A DNA stretch of 64,000 bases from the NCBI GenBank assembly GCA_951406725.2, contig OX597832.1:18538001-18602000 (forward strand), written 5' to 3'. Source of the stretch: Octopus vulgaris (Eukaryota). Under the pieces are notes generated by a model. It did no database searches. It worked only from the letters and a program-made list of their open reading frames with translations, and was not told the DNA's origin. Shown piece after piece: positions 14,143 to 28,737 of the stretch. Numbering within the stretch: position 1 is the stretch's first letter; the number at the start of each line of letters is the position of its first letter. The position numbers and the translations under genes were made by a program.

Positions 14143-14628
14143 CATGTATATGCAAGCCTGTACATATATATGTGCATACACATATATACATATATATATG
14201 CACATGAATACATATATCTATCAATCTATCAATTTATCTATGTATACATATACACATATATATATACACACATAATATATTTCTTCACCATTAGAGTACA
14301 TATTAATTTTCTCCCGTATAATTCATTCGCTGAAAGGAATCACCTCCCATATATCATATATTGCTCTTCACTATAATTCCAAGGAATTTTTTTTTATTTA
14401 TGCGTTTTATTTAAGTTTCTTATTTTCAATTCTGATTCTATCTGCCCAACTTAACGACTCTTCGCGATCAATTTTGATGTTTTCGCATATGTTCTTGTAA
14501 TTCCATCGTATTATAATTCTAGCAAATTTCCTTCTTCCTAAACAACAACTTCCTCTCATTTCCTTAGATACCTGCAATTCCTATATGCATACATACATAC
14601 ATACATACATACATACATACATACATAC

Positions 14629-14686
<58 letters not shown>

Positions 14687-14759
14687 TGTATGTATCTCTC
14701 TATGTATGTATGTATGTATGTATATATGTACATATATGTGTGTATGTGTATTATATGAG

Positions 14760-15250
14760 TGGAGATGCTTAAAGCGTATTGCGAAAGGCCCTTTTGGGAG
14801 CAGAACCGTCCGTGTTCTTTTACATGGCTTAAAACACCCGAAGAACCAATCCAACAAATGTATCAATCTGAGATGGAAAGATTCAAAATAAAGTCTTGTA
14901 TTTTATATTGTCATATTTTGGGATGATCATTTTTTTCTTGACAAATAAACAGAGACAGTATATATTCTTTTTGACCTTTTTTTTTCTTATTATTTTATCT
15001 TAAGGTCTTCTTTTTTCTTATTTTCCCTGTCTGGACCTAAGTTAAAATAAAAACAGTAATAAATGAGTGTAGAACGAACTTCTCGTGCGTGTGATTATTT
15101 GGCAAATTTTACAAAATATTACAAAATATTTCAATATCTCTTTCAACTTGACGATTTGACATTAGGAATCTTGCGAAACTTATTCATAAACTTAATCCCC
15201 TGTATTTTCTTTTGCCCAACGCCAGGATATTTTTACTAACCCTTCGTATA
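14760..15250 (+). mobile_element. Mariner/Tc1-like transposon 3' remnant, split
   Basis: 14820-14891 translates HGLKHPKNQSNKCINLRWKDSK*, resembling the mariner transposase C-terminus (GI.KL..RW.KCI...GDYVE*); 15200-15250 ttttctttt...gccaggatatttttactaacccttcgTA resembles a mariner right TIR plus TA target. Confidence 0.5.
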
Positions 15251-15256
15251 CACACA

Positions 15257-15321
<65 letters not shown>

Positions 15322-15919
15322 ACACGTATATGAGAGACCCCCTTCTTGCGTGAATGACCGTGGATTGTACGTAGATATAATAACAGAAATGAAAGATAAT
15401 AATTTATGGAAGGTGTAACATTAGTCTAATCGAAGATGAAACCCTAACGGCATTTTAGTAACCTAATAGGAGATTGCATGGGAAACCTCACCATCTATAG
15501 AGTCATGGGTAAGAATGCCCGACGATATCGCGTGGACTGTTCTGGGTGCTGATGAATGTTGAAAAATAACTTACGGACAATTTTCAGGTCAAGGATTATC
15601 ATCTGACATTACCTCTGACTGATCGATTTTACCAAAAAGGCCTTGTTTGATCTAGCAAAACATTCCGGTCCGCAATCTTTCGCCATGTTTTTAGGTATGG
15701 TATTCATTTATCTTTTAGTTTATTATTTTAGTTTATTTAAATTCACTATACTTTGGCCTTGCTGCAGATCCACCATGAAGCATTTTTGTCGAACAACTCG
15801 ACTCCCTAGTTATTATTTTCTGTAAAGACTAAGTATCTTTTGCCGAATCGCTAGAGCACTAATTGGAGACAAACACACACTCAAACACCTACCCCCACAT
15901 ATATAGATGTATTTGTATA

Positions 15920-15952
<33 letters not shown>

Positions 15953-15982
15953 GAAGGTTTGGAGATGATGTACAGGTAGTTT

Positions 15983-16222
15983 ATATTAGATGAAATAAGG
16001 TACTCAGAAATATTTATATTTACAGTTATTTATTCATATGTCACATGCTTTTATAAATCATATAATAGTGCTTGCATCCACTCTAGTGGATTCTTCAATC
16101 TGAAGAATCCACTAGAGTGGATGCAAGCACTACATATGATTTATAAAAACATGTGGCATAATAATAAAAATCTGTAAATATAAAACCATCCAGATTTCTG
16201 AGTACGTTATTTCTTCTAACAT
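15983..16222. repeat. Fold-back inverted repeat; perfect 32-bp arms (16066-16097 / 16101-16132) with 3-nt spacer, imperfect outer arms of about 115 bp
   Basis: tagtgcttgcatccactctagtggattcttca-atc-tgaagaatccactagagtggatgcaagcacta; outer aaataaggtactcagaaat / atttctgagtacgttattt. Confidence 0.9.
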
Positions 16223-16234
16223 ATTTATACAAGT

Positions 16235-16380
16235 TTTCCGTCTCCCATTTCCACTGAGAAAGCTTTGATTTACTCAAAGCTATAGTAGAAGACACTTGCT
16301 GAAGTTGCCATACAGTGGCACTGAATCTGAACCAGGTAGATAGAAATCAAACTTCTTAACAAAGAGCCACACTTGCCCCT
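16235..16380 (-). mobile_element. Degraded SINE family B head
   Basis: gctatagtagaagacacttg...gagccacacttgcccct is the reverse complement of the family B 5' part. Confidence 0.65.
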
Positions 16381-18036
16381 ATATAGCCACCCGAGGAGGC
16401 GAATAAAATTTCTGTACCTATTAGCGGGTTTAGACTTTCCCTTTCCACCTTGGTGGTTATTTCATAGACTGGATTTTGGTGGACGGGGATGAGCACTTTC
16501 TAGACAGTGATTTGTTTTTGAATGTTTTCGTTCAACAAAAAAGCCCTCATTAAATTTTTGTAGCAATGCGAAAACTATTGTAGTACCCTACAGCAAATTT
16601 GACGAGGTATCAAAAAGAAGACCTATTTGGTTGGTTACATTTAACGGCATAACTTCAAATATGCTCATGGAAGTAAACAACAAAGCCAAAGAGCAGCTAC
16701 ATATTTCGAAGTGTAAACATTATCCGAGACTTTTCGGGATTTGGATGAAATAATTCGCAACGTTATTTTTCCTTAATTTTGTAGAAACCTGTTAATTGAC
16801 AATTTGATTTTCACTGTTGGTATAGTTGTTCTTTATATAATACCATGTAGCTATTATAACAGTTTTTTTACGGTAGCTGCTTACTTTGTCGTTCTCATAT
16901 TGAAATTAGACTACTTTATCTTGTTTTCTTATTGCTTTACAATTTGTATTTCTTTCTCGTATGTTTTCCATTACCTTGGAAATTCAGATCAAAGAAGAAA
17001 ATAAGTATCATTAAAATATATTTATTACTTGAAGCTTGAGAAATATATCTGAAGTTTTCCCTTTCATTCAAAGAATATATATTATGTAAAAACCTCAAGG
17101 TTATTATAGTTTCTGTGAAATTTCAGAAACTCGTAATGCTGTTTTTTAGAAGGTGGTTAAATATTTTGACATTTTGCTGACTTGCCGAATTGACAGAGCG
17201 TCAATGGATGAATTCCACGATTTTCAGTTGCGGCTGTGAACGTTCTGAGTTCAAAACTTTCCGTATTCAATTTAGCTTTTTATCCTTTATGGGTCGATGT
17301 AATAAGAGATCATTACTCAACTATTTGGCCCCAAATTTATTTACTAATTTCCTCCCCGCGAATCTCAGTCTAACGTCGAAGCGAAAATAACATACAAAAT
17401 ATAAAATAATAATATTTGTGCATATGAGTGCTCCATAAGATTGTTTTACAGTTCCATAAACTTGACGGTGAGTATGCCCTACGTAAGATGATGAGAGTCA
17501 TTAGGCTTATTATTTGCATTTGTTTTCAACATGGTTTTTCTGATATTATATCTAACAATTTCTCAGCTACTTTCATCATTAAACAAGGTATTGTCATGCG
17601 TCTCTTTAACTCAAAATACCAAAGCCTGCTTTTTATTCATCAGGTCACCTTAAAATAACGTGTAAATAAAATGTTACGGAACAATAAAGTTAACCTTTTT
17701 AACACTCTATACATTTCTGTCCTTTGCATATGTCAGATATCATCGTTACATAGAAGAGAAGAGATAGTGTTCTTGAATTTTGCATGGCATCTAACGTAAA
17801 AAATTGTCAAATTTATAGCTGATTTTATTTCATTTAGATCTCTCATTTTCTGTACTCTGAAGACAAAATTCATGAGAAATTTGTTGAAATGTAACTAGAG
17901 TACTTCCTAAGACAATGAAATAAGAATTGCAAAAACAGAACCCCAGTTGATAATGACTGACAAAATCTGTTAGTTCTGCTATAAAGAATCACATTAGGTA
18001 TCAGTGAAGAAGGATGAGAAGTTCCTAGAAATTTGC

Positions 18037-18085
<49 letters not shown>

Positions 18086-18096
18086 GAGAGAGAGAT

Positions 18097-18142
<46 letters not shown>

Positions 18143-18199
18143 GCATATATATGTATATAAATACATATATATACATATATATATGCATATATATATCCA

Positions 18200-18234
<35 letters not shown>

Positions 18235-18283
18235 GCATATGTACATATACATATATATATACACACATACATATACATATATG

Positions 18284-18389
<106 letters not shown>

Positions 18390-18409
18390 TGTAGGTATAT
18401 AATTTTGTG

Positions 18410-18578
18410 TCTGTGTGTGTCGAGCCACCATCGCTTGGCAACCGATATTGGTATGTTTACGTCCCCATAGATTAACGGTTCGGCAAATAGACCGCTACTG
18501 GTCGGTTTGTTCGTCTCAAGGCGGTACTCCGTAATGGCTGCATTCAGATGACCGAAACATGTCAAAGAATAAAGGAAT
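18410..18578 (+). mobile_element. SINE family B, 3' part
   Basis: ccaccatcgcttggcaaccgatattggtatgtttacgtcccc...aaggcggtactcc...gaaacatgtcaaagaat. Confidence 0.7.
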
Positions 18579-19283
18579 AAATATAACCTCTTACATGTTG
18601 CTGTTCTTCTTTCGTCCAGTTCCGTCCCTGTTCATTCACAGGTCTCTACATATGATAATGCTTTATACATTTGATAACTTTCAGCAGCTGAAACTCTGCA
18701 TGTAATTCCACACAGCGCAGTACGTAAGTAAATAATTAAGATGCATGAAGAGTGAACGCGCTTGCCCCGAAGTAATTGCACAACCTGCTAGATATAACTG
18801 CAAAAGGCACCCATAACATAATATTCTGCGTAACAGAAACGTTTGACTATCTTATATTTCGACAAATAGGTGAAGGCAGCCGAAGGAACGCATTCAGATG
18901 TAACCACATTTTAGAATCAAATCTCATCTGAATCTCAGCAATGGGAGTAATAACTACAACAGTAACTACAATATTGATAAAACTTCAAACAACTGAAAAT
19001 GTCAGCTAGAAGCCGACTCCATCATGGTACGCCCCAGATTCCTTGTATATATGTGTGTATGTGCGTGTGTGTGTGTGTACGTGTTTTTCTGTGTGTGCGT
19101 GTGTGTATGCAAGTATGCATTGCATATATACATACTTATGCATCGATTGTCATGCGATGTTGTGGAGACAAACATGGGACACACAAACGCACACATACAT
19201 ATATATATATATGTATATATATACATATATATATATGTATGTATATACATATATATATATCTATGTATATATATATACATGTA

Positions 19284-19411
19284 TACGATGGGTTTCTTTC
19301 AGTTTCCGTCCGTCTACCAAATCCCCACACAAAGCTTTGGTCGGCCCGAAGCTATAGTAGTGGGACTGAACCCGGAACCATGTGGTGGGTAAGCAAGCTA
19401 CTTACCATACA

Positions 19412-19414
<3 letters not shown>
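19284..19414 (-). mobile_element. SINE family B, 5' part with internal deletion
   Basis: ctttcagtttccgtccgtctaccaaatcc...gggactgaacccggaaccatgtgg...cttaccatacagcca. Confidence 0.8.
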
Positions 19415-19450
<36 letters not shown>

Positions 19451-19467
19451 AGAGAGAGAGAGATATT

Positions 19468-19560
<93 letters not shown>

Positions 19561-19993
19561 CTGTAAACACACGACAGAAAAAGCTACTAATACTTTCATG
19601 CTGTTTTGTTACTTGAACAAGCATAATGAATTGCGCCATGTTTCTTAAAGGAATCTTTCAGGTACTGTTGAGGCATAATATAGATTTCAGAAGCAAGGGC
19701 TTTGGGCAGGAAGAAAATCAAAAAAGAATGATGGTTGATGCCAAAAAAATAAAAGAACATAAATGAGAAAAAGAGAAACGAAATATGCACGTTCAAGTAT
19801 CATAAAAGCATGAAATTAGTCGTAGTTTTTCGGGTGTATACATGAATCCATATTTATCTCTCACTAGATGGTGTGCTTTTTTTATTGGCTCTACCTCTAT
19901 TCGATCTTTAAACTATATAGATACGTATATCTGTAACTATCGCTATCTCACACTTTCTCACTTCCTCCTCCTCTCTCGCTTTCTCTCTCTCTC

Positions 19994-20025
<32 letters not shown>

Positions 20026-20868
20026 CAAACATATATGTATATATATATGTATGCATATACGCACACAAATACATGCGTGTATACATGTATTTGTATATAT
20101 ATATAGAAATATACATAAACACGTGTGTGCGTATGGCTGTGTGTATATCTGTATGTCTATACTTATGTGTGTTTGTGTATGTGTGCATGCATGTGTGTAA
20201 CCAACCTATGACTTTTTTTTTCTCTATAATTTGCCAAAATACTTAGGAAGGTTCAAATTAGATGGAAGGCACATTTGGCCTTTCACGAAAGTTTGTTGGA
20301 CAAATTTTCTCTTGACAGAAGTAAGTGCTTCAACAATATGTCACGGACTTGGCTCAATACAAATGCTCTCACTTTATCTATCACTTGGAATATAATTTGA
20401 TATTTATTTGCTATATATTTTTGTTTTGTAATTTTTGGTGGTTCTTCTTCAGGGACATATTTTGTGCCTGAATAGATAATGAGAATAGAGTGAATGCGCA
20501 ATTAGTTTTCCAATTACACTTCATTTGATAACATTATCCGAAAAAATAATATATCTCCCTATTCATATCCCCTCTATGTATCTATCTCTCTATCTTTCTA
20601 TCTATTTGTCTATCTATCTCCCTACGCCTGTCTCTGTCTCTCGCTCTCACTCTATATATAAATTATATATCATTTATATTCATATATATATATATATATA
20701 TATCTACATATATATATACATATACATATATATATATATGTACGTATGTATGTATGTGCGTGTGTTTGTATGAGTGTGTGTGTATAGATATGTAAATATA
20801 TATATATATGTATATATAAATATACATGTGTGTATATATATGCAAATATGTGCATATAGACAATATAT

Positions 20869-20900
<32 letters not shown>

Positions 20901-20959
20901 GTACTCACAGAGAGAGACAGGCAGATAGATAAATGCAATGATAGATAGGTAGATAGATG

Positions 20960-21029
<70 letters not shown>

Positions 21030-23512
21030 CGAACTAAATGAAATTTATGAGTAACATATTTTTCTCCTCCAGTAGATACACGGATAAGCAGAGTGGCAGA
21101 TATTAACATTAGTGTGACCGTTAACTTTTCAAGTGAAATATTATAAACACTTTATTTCCCGGTCAAGTGTCTTATTAGCCACCATCACGTTGCTTATTCT
21201 TAGCTCCCTCTCTTGTAGCATTAGTAGTATTATATTTATGTATATTGCCTTATTTCTTTCGGTCTCCTTCTAACGTTGCTTTCCTTGTAAACACCCTCCG
21301 TGTAACTATCTTGTTTTCGCTCTCTCTCATACACACATATAAACGCATTACACTTATATTCTCTCCCCTCTTATAGACAGACAGCCTCTCAATGCAGAGT
21401 CACCTTGCTGAAGGCAAAGTTTTCGCTATCACTTCGGTCCTTCAATTTGCAGATATCAGCATTCAATTGGGGATAACCGTGTCGCAGTTATTTTCTTCCA
21501 AATTATGCTGCCTCATGAGAAGAGAGAACGCCTCAAGCTATTTTCTTTTCCGATTCTTTTACTCGCTGCTGTTGTTGGCTATTTGTATACAATCGAAACT
21601 GAAAGCAATGCGTTCGTTCATATTTACAAACGCTTGGATTGAGAAAATTCGACCGAAAAGAGAGTATTATAGCTAAACAATTTCTTCGTTAATATTTACA
21701 TATATTTTCCACCCAACACATTTCTGTTCCTGGTTTCCTCTGCCTTAATATTTTTCGTTACTTTTTTTTTATTATTTTTTTTTACCATTCTTTCTATTTT
21801 CATTTTGTGTTTTTATTTCTATCTTTCTTTATTTTTTTCATTATTATTCACTTTTATTATATTCGTAAAAATTATAATACTGAAATGTTGATTTTGTTAT
21901 TATTTATACTTTTACTCCTTTCACTTGTACACTTTATGGCGATAAATTATAGGCTTCCTTAGCAATTAGATTATTCCGGCTGGATCACTCCAATAGTTTC
22001 TATTCGCCGTCGCTTTAATAATTTGTAGTGTGATATCAATATCTCTATCGCTGAGATTATTAAGCTGATGGAAGGTGGTTTGTAGTGCTTCGCGTTGTTC
22101 AGGCAGTGACTCTACATAATTGTGTGTTTACAGAAGTGATAGGAAACCGAACATATAATTATTACCAAGTAATATTTTGTGTTTTATTGCTGGTTTCTGA
22201 GTTCAAATCTCACAACGAACAGAACTTTTTATAACATTTTTCTGCCAGTCATAATATCTAGACTGAATGAGTGATGGACGAATCGGTCATGACTTGAACA
22301 ATCAATATTAATCAAATATATTCCTCTCCAAAATATTTACCTCTGTCGACAAGAATTAATAATAAACCACCGCGAAAATCCATGTGTGATTTCAAGAAAC
22401 AGCTTTCCCTTAAATCATCTTTACTCTTTGAGAAAACTTTACTTTGGATATTGGAATTGAGTTCTAAATATATTCGAAAATGAGGAGTTGGCTGTATCTG
22501 GAATACATCTGATAACATATCTTTTCGATCAGGTTGATGATCATCGAACGTCTATGAAGGCAAAAAAAAAAGGGGGGGGACAACATACACATTCCGGATA
22601 AAATACAGTAAAATCAACTCATTTATTCGAGAAAAGAATTTTGCCGTCGCTACATTGACAGATTGTGAGTTTTCAGTTTGACTACCGTTAAAAGATATTG
22701 TTTTGCTCTGGCAAATAAAAATATGCCACTTAGCAAAATGACCCCGATATATATATATATAAACTTCAAAACTTTATAGTTACCGCCACTACTACAAGTA
22801 CCAGAGCCACCACTACAACCACCGCAAGCACAACCGTCACCACCACATCTATCGCAACCATGACCATCAAAACACCATCAACACCAGCGACAGCATTTCC
22901 ACCTCAAAATTTCGTATTCACAAACACTAACACCAACACCAAATCCTCAAGAGCCTCAACCATTATCACAACCACCTCTACCTTCAACATGAGCGATAGA
23001 ATCACCACCATCACCACCACCACCACTACTACCACAACCATCAGCATGAGCGATAGAATCACCATCAGCACCACCACTACCACCACCATCATCGTCATCA
23101 CCATCACCACCACCATCATCATCGTCATCATTATCATCATAACCAACAGCTTTCCGCTATCTCTGTGCCTGCCGCATTTCCTCCTCCACCTCATCCGCCA
23201 GATCTTCATGCCTATATTGCACAGTTTGCTAAAAAGTAATTGTATAATAAATTCGAACAGATTTCAAAGGAAGTTACAGCATCTACGGCATGGCTTCTAA
23301 CTACAGACTTTTACAGCCCCTCAGCTTTTCAGTGTGTGTTAATGATGAGAAAAAGCAAAACAATTCTAAAATCAGAAGCCGAAAGATATTTGTAATCGGG
23401 CTTTCTACGAAAACTTTTATGCGAAACGTTTAGAAACAAAGTTTCTTGTAATTTGAATTCAAACATCATTTGGTTATTAATGCCTTTTCATTTTCTTTCT
23501 CCTCCTCTACAT

Positions 23513-23605
23513 TTCTTCTTCTTCTTCTTCTTCTTCTTCTTCTTCTTCTTCTTCTTCTTCTTCTTCTTCTTCTTCTTCTTCTTCTTCTTCTTCTTCTTCT
23601 TCTTC

Positions 23606-23653
<48 letters not shown>

Positions 23654-23776
23654 TCCCCCTCTTCGTCCCCCTCTCCTACTTCTTTCTTCTTCTTCTTCTT
23701 CTTCTTCTTCTTCTTCTTCTGCTTCTTCTTCTTCTTCTTTTTCTGCCCTCTCCTACTCCTCCCCATCCTCTTCTTG

Positions 23777-23862
<86 letters not shown>

Positions 23863-23865
23863 TCA

Positions 23866-23898
<33 letters not shown>
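23513..23898. repeat. Alternating (TTC)n and (TTA)n tracts
   Basis: Direct. Confidence 0.95.
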
Positions 23899-24112
23899 GG
23901 CAGTGCGCTGGCAGAACCGTTACCACGCCGGGCGAAATGCTTAACATTATTTCCTATGCCGCTAATATTCTGTGTTCAAACACTACTGAGGTCGACTTTG
24001 CCTTCCATCCTTTCGGGGTCAATAAATTAAGTACCAGTCAAGTACTGGGGTCTATGTAATCAACTATCCCCCACCCCACAAATTATAGGCCTTGTGCCTA
24101 TAGTAGAAAGGA
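23899..24112 (+). mobile_element. SINE family A variant (alternative 3' tail ggccttgtgcctatagtagaaagga)
   Basis: Family A head and core, inserted at the end of (TTA)n. Confidence 0.8.
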
Positions 24113-25252
24113 ATATTACTATCATTATTCTCCGGCTGTACTTATTATATGAAAACTATAAATCGATTGGTTGGCAAGAACGATTGCACAAATTCTAAGC
24201 CTTATACCAGAAATACATTGGTTAGTATTGTTTCTACAGCGAAGGAGTGGAGCTGGTGGAATCTTTAAGGCACCGGACAAGTTGCTTATTGGCATTTCTT
24301 TCGGCTTTTATTATTCTGAGATCAAATTACGCCGAGGATGAACTTGAATTTCATCACCCTATAAAATAAGTTTGACTGCCCTCACAAAATTAGGACTTTG
24401 TGCCAAAATTCTAGAGTACATCATATATATTCATATATACGCCTTAAAAGTAAGGTGGTATTGCCTGAAAGGCTTTTGATCAAACATATTTATAAGGGTC
24501 AAACTATGATAACGTATAATATCATATCATGGATATAAATGAACTTCCAAGAGAAAAAGTTGGTATGATATCGGCTCCAATTTTATTGTCCTTAGATCGT
24601 TTTAGTTACTCTTCCTTGAGATTAAAAAAACAGAATTAGACTTCTAAAATATTCAATGTTGTCCCTGAGTCCCGCCGAAACTCTCAGCAAGGCACGATTT
24701 CATTTTTGAGGGCTCCGTAATACCTTTGTCTAAATTTCTAAACTCCAGAAATGATTGCATTTTACCAATATCATATAAACCTCAATTATTAAATTATTGA
24801 TTAATTGTTAGTTATCATAATGTAGGGAGAGATATAAATAAAAGTAAAACACGAAAGAAGATACGTGCAGGTACGGTGACAGATTGTAAGTTAAAATTCT
24901 AAAATTATCTTACCGATCGATAAATAGATTATATTGACATTTAATTATCTAGCTCCAAAATATGTCGTAATCAATAAGAGCAGATTATTTTTTCCAGGTG
25001 ATGTACCTATTCAACAGTAACAAATTATTCGGGCAAACGTTATATGCAGGCAAAAAAAAAAAATAGAAGCATCAGGCAGGATATGTTGCCTAAAGGTGGA
25101 AACAAACGCCTGCAGCGAATTCGACCTGAAGCCCATGATGCGCTAATCAATTTGAAGACACAGGCGGCCATTTTGTCTGTGCACTCCAGGTAGCCTCGAG
25201 CTTAATTTCATTTTGTTTCAAAAATTATTATTATTCCTTTTTTTTCTGCTTT

Positions 25253-25290
<38 letters not shown>

Positions 25291-25356
25291 TTAATTTTAT
25301 GTTACTGTCAGAGTCCTTTTTAAAACACTTTGCGTAACTGTTGTTATATTCTTCCA

Positions 25357-25358
<2 letters not shown>

Positions 25359-25396
<38 letters not shown>

Positions 25397-25442
25397 ATAA
25401 TTATTATTATTATTATTATTATTATTGTTTTTATTATTATTA

Positions 25443-25513
<71 letters not shown>

Positions 25514-25560
25514 GTTATTATTATTATTATTATTATTATTGTTGTAGTTGTTATTATTAT
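25359..25560. repeat. (TTA)n microsatellite
   Basis: Direct. Confidence 0.9.
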
Positions 25561-25943
25561 TCGATTTGCTTTCCTCTCTTTGCTAGGAATTCCTAATCCT
25601 CCAGGCTAAAATTGTCGAAAAGTTTATCTCCCATCGGCAAATTCTGCATAATCCGTACCTTTTCTGAGGAACAGGAATAAAAATAATTCCAATGCTATGC
25701 TTAATTTCTTCTATATTTTATTATGTTTTGCAAAGTTTTGCATACTCAGACGTTTACACATGAACACATCCACACACACACACACACATACACATATATA
25801 TACACATATATTTATGCATTTTTACATATTGTGTGTATATATTTGCATATATATATATATGTATGCACACACACAGAGGCATATATATATATATATATAT
25901 ACATATATATACATGTATATATATATATATATATATTATATGT

Positions 25944-25997
<54 letters not shown>

Positions 25998-28060
25998 CAT
26001 ATATGTATATGTATGTATGTGTGAGTGGATATGTATACATATACACACATATATATATATATAGGGGACACGCACACATATATACATATATATTGCGTCT
26101 TTATTTAGAGATAGTTCATACATTTAACATCTGGTAGAGATTGAAAACGCTGGTGTGAAACGCAGAAATCAAAAGCAGAATTTGACTTATGAAAAAAAAG
26201 TATTATTCATAAATATAAAATTAAAACTAAATAAGTAGAAAATATAGAAATGCAAGTCTTAAATATAGAAATAGTATCAGATTTAAGACATCAACGGAAA
26301 TACACGGGGTATTTGTCCTGCAGGTTGAAAGCAGAATATATAAATAATATTTGTATCTTACATAGACATGAAAACAAACTTCAGGCAAATAAAAAATATG
26401 TAACATTTGCCTTCCTGCTTTTCACAACCCCTAACCAAAGACAAATAAAAAGTTATACGTAATCGATGACATGTCGATGTTCCGCTACACGACCACCAGC
26501 TAAAAGCGCAGCATAATCTCTACCAAATTACATTCTAGGATCTTCCTTAAAATGTAGGAGACATTAGATCATGTAGTTTTAAATAAATTGCAAATTGATA
26601 TATGTTTGGATGTTCACGGTTGGAAGAACTTTCATAAAGTGTCTCGTTGCTGATATTTGATTTTTGGTCCAAATAATAATGAAAGAATAAGTACAGCATC
26701 ACTTGGAATAGAGATGATACGGATGGTAAAATGGGTTATGTGTTTAACTCTATCCCTCGAACCCATGATCTAGAACTTTAAGAAAAAGCTCAACTAGCTA
26801 CAAACAGCATCTCGATGTCCTCCATTTTGCACCTGACTTGGTAACATACGTAAATTCGCATTGTTTAATATATTCCTCCTTAGACTATATCTATGAAGAT
26901 GGAGTGGCCAAGTTGAAAATTTGTGTATATTATGGCATTTATTAATCTTGTTGTCAAGAGAGAAGTAATGTCCATGTTCATTTAGACTAAACATGGACTT
27001 TACAAAGATTTATAGAACCTCCAAGAGAGATGGGAAAGAAGGAAGAAGATATGATCCAAACACTAACGACAAGGTGATAACATCACTCAGTAGGTGTTCA
27101 AGATGTAGTCATTATTAAGCAAAGTATACCATTTCCACACGAAGAACTGATTATAATCATCGCTTAACTACACTTTTAGCTTGTGATATATTTCAAACAG
27201 TTCTGTTGTCTCCAGCTTTTGTTGAATTTCTAGAACCATATATATATTGATTGCTTTTGCATCAAGTTTTTTTATCTGAAAAATATATTATCTAATGTAT
27301 TTTTTTATTTAGCAGGATAAAATCATATGAAATTGAATGAACAGCTATAAACATTATTTGGAAATAATTTGGTGACCATGAATTATTTCAGGGTCTAAAT
27401 AAAATCCTGACAGTTTCATACCAAAAATCATTTTATGTACAGGAATTTTAATAGCTTTTATTCGTTAGGCGTGCTGTAACTCCAGTACAATTTTTTTATT
27501 CAGTGCAAAATTCAAAGTGCAATAAGTACATTGGAATATTAATATGTTTTACATATGTTGCGTGCTGTTTCGCTGGTAAATTTACCTATATGATACAGCT
27601 TAATTTTGGCTTCATTTCTATTTAAAATTCTTCTGAAAGCACGTGTTTAATGAGTAAACGATACTTTAAGAGGTATGTGTAGCTAGCTTTCATCTTTTAT
27701 TTGTTTCAGTCATTATTCTGCAGCCAAAATGGGGTACTGCTTTGAAAAATATTTTTTATTGAAAAAAATTGACCTCTGGACATATTTTAAAGCTTGATAT
27801 GTATTCTATCCACCTCTCTTTCTGAACCGTTTTTCTTACAGGGACATAAACACACCTTGAAGCGGTGATTGAGTTCAAACACACACACATACACACACAC
27901 ACACACACACGCACGCACACACACAGACACACACACAGACACACACACAGACACACACACAGACACACACAGATATAATTACTAATCTGATCCCGACAAT
28001 TTACAGGTAATTATTTTGCTGCCGGATCGGACTCTAACTATCGCTCTGTCGGACAGGTAC

Positions 28061-28109
28061 TTTCGACTGAGGATAGACAAAATAGCGCGAAACCGAGTCG
28101 GCCTCGAGA
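28061..28109 (+). ncRNA. Degenerate type I hammerhead-like motif
   Basis: tttcga-CTGAGGA-(tagacaaaatagcgc)-GAAA-ccg agt cgg-cc-tcgaga: stems I and III pair, stem II broken, U16.1 replaced by C. Confidence 0.5.
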
Positions 28110-28347
28110 TTCTGTTACCTACTAGAACTTGGTAGGTGTATTGAATATAAAGGGTGCAGTGTCTCACCAATTACCAGGTGGCAGAGAATCTGCCTGGGGT
28201 AAAACTAGTATTAACATGGAACATCCAATTTGATGTCGCGACTGACTTTAATTTTTAGTATAGTTACTACTCTGATCTCTGCTTGAGAATTTGCAACCGT
28301 CTATTTTGCATATATGTGTGTTTTTCTTTTCTATTGGACTTACCGCT

Positions 28348-28383
28348 GTTTCTGAAGAAGACCTCTGCTCAAAAAGTAAAACC
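28348..28383 (+). ncRNA. Degenerate minimal hammerhead-like motif
   Basis: gttt-CTGAAGA-a-gacc tct gctc-aaaaa-gta-aaac; GAAAC box decayed. Confidence 0.35.
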
Positions 28384-28461
28384 ACCTCGCTTTCCTTCCG
28401 TGAGCGTCTGCTTTGCTTGTTCTTCGATTTTTGGGATTTACTATACACACATACACACACA

Positions 28462-28543
<82 letters not shown>

Positions 28544-28614
28544 CCATGCTAGATCGGTAGCCACTAGACACATTTTTTCCCTCCTTGTGTCTTTCTGTGC
28601 TTCTTTCTGTGTTC

Positions 28615-28737
28615 CTTTCTGTGGAAGAGCGTAGGCTCGAATCGTTAAAGACTGTTTCAATTTTCGAGCGTTAAACTAATACATCTGATTGTTTTCTACA
28701 TCACCTGTTTTCGCCTTTTGCTTTTTTCGTGAATTCT

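Noticed and set aside
21360-21676. Complex sequence with a possible acceptor and a 94-aa ORF
   Set aside because: No recognisable protein; probably a decayed transposon fragment I cannot classify.
23060-23240. His-rich then Pro-rich frame (HHH..NQQLSAISVPAAFPPPPHPPDLHAYIAQFAKK*)
   Set aside because: In-frame stop just upstream, no start or good acceptor; derived largely from (CAC/CAT)n repeat.
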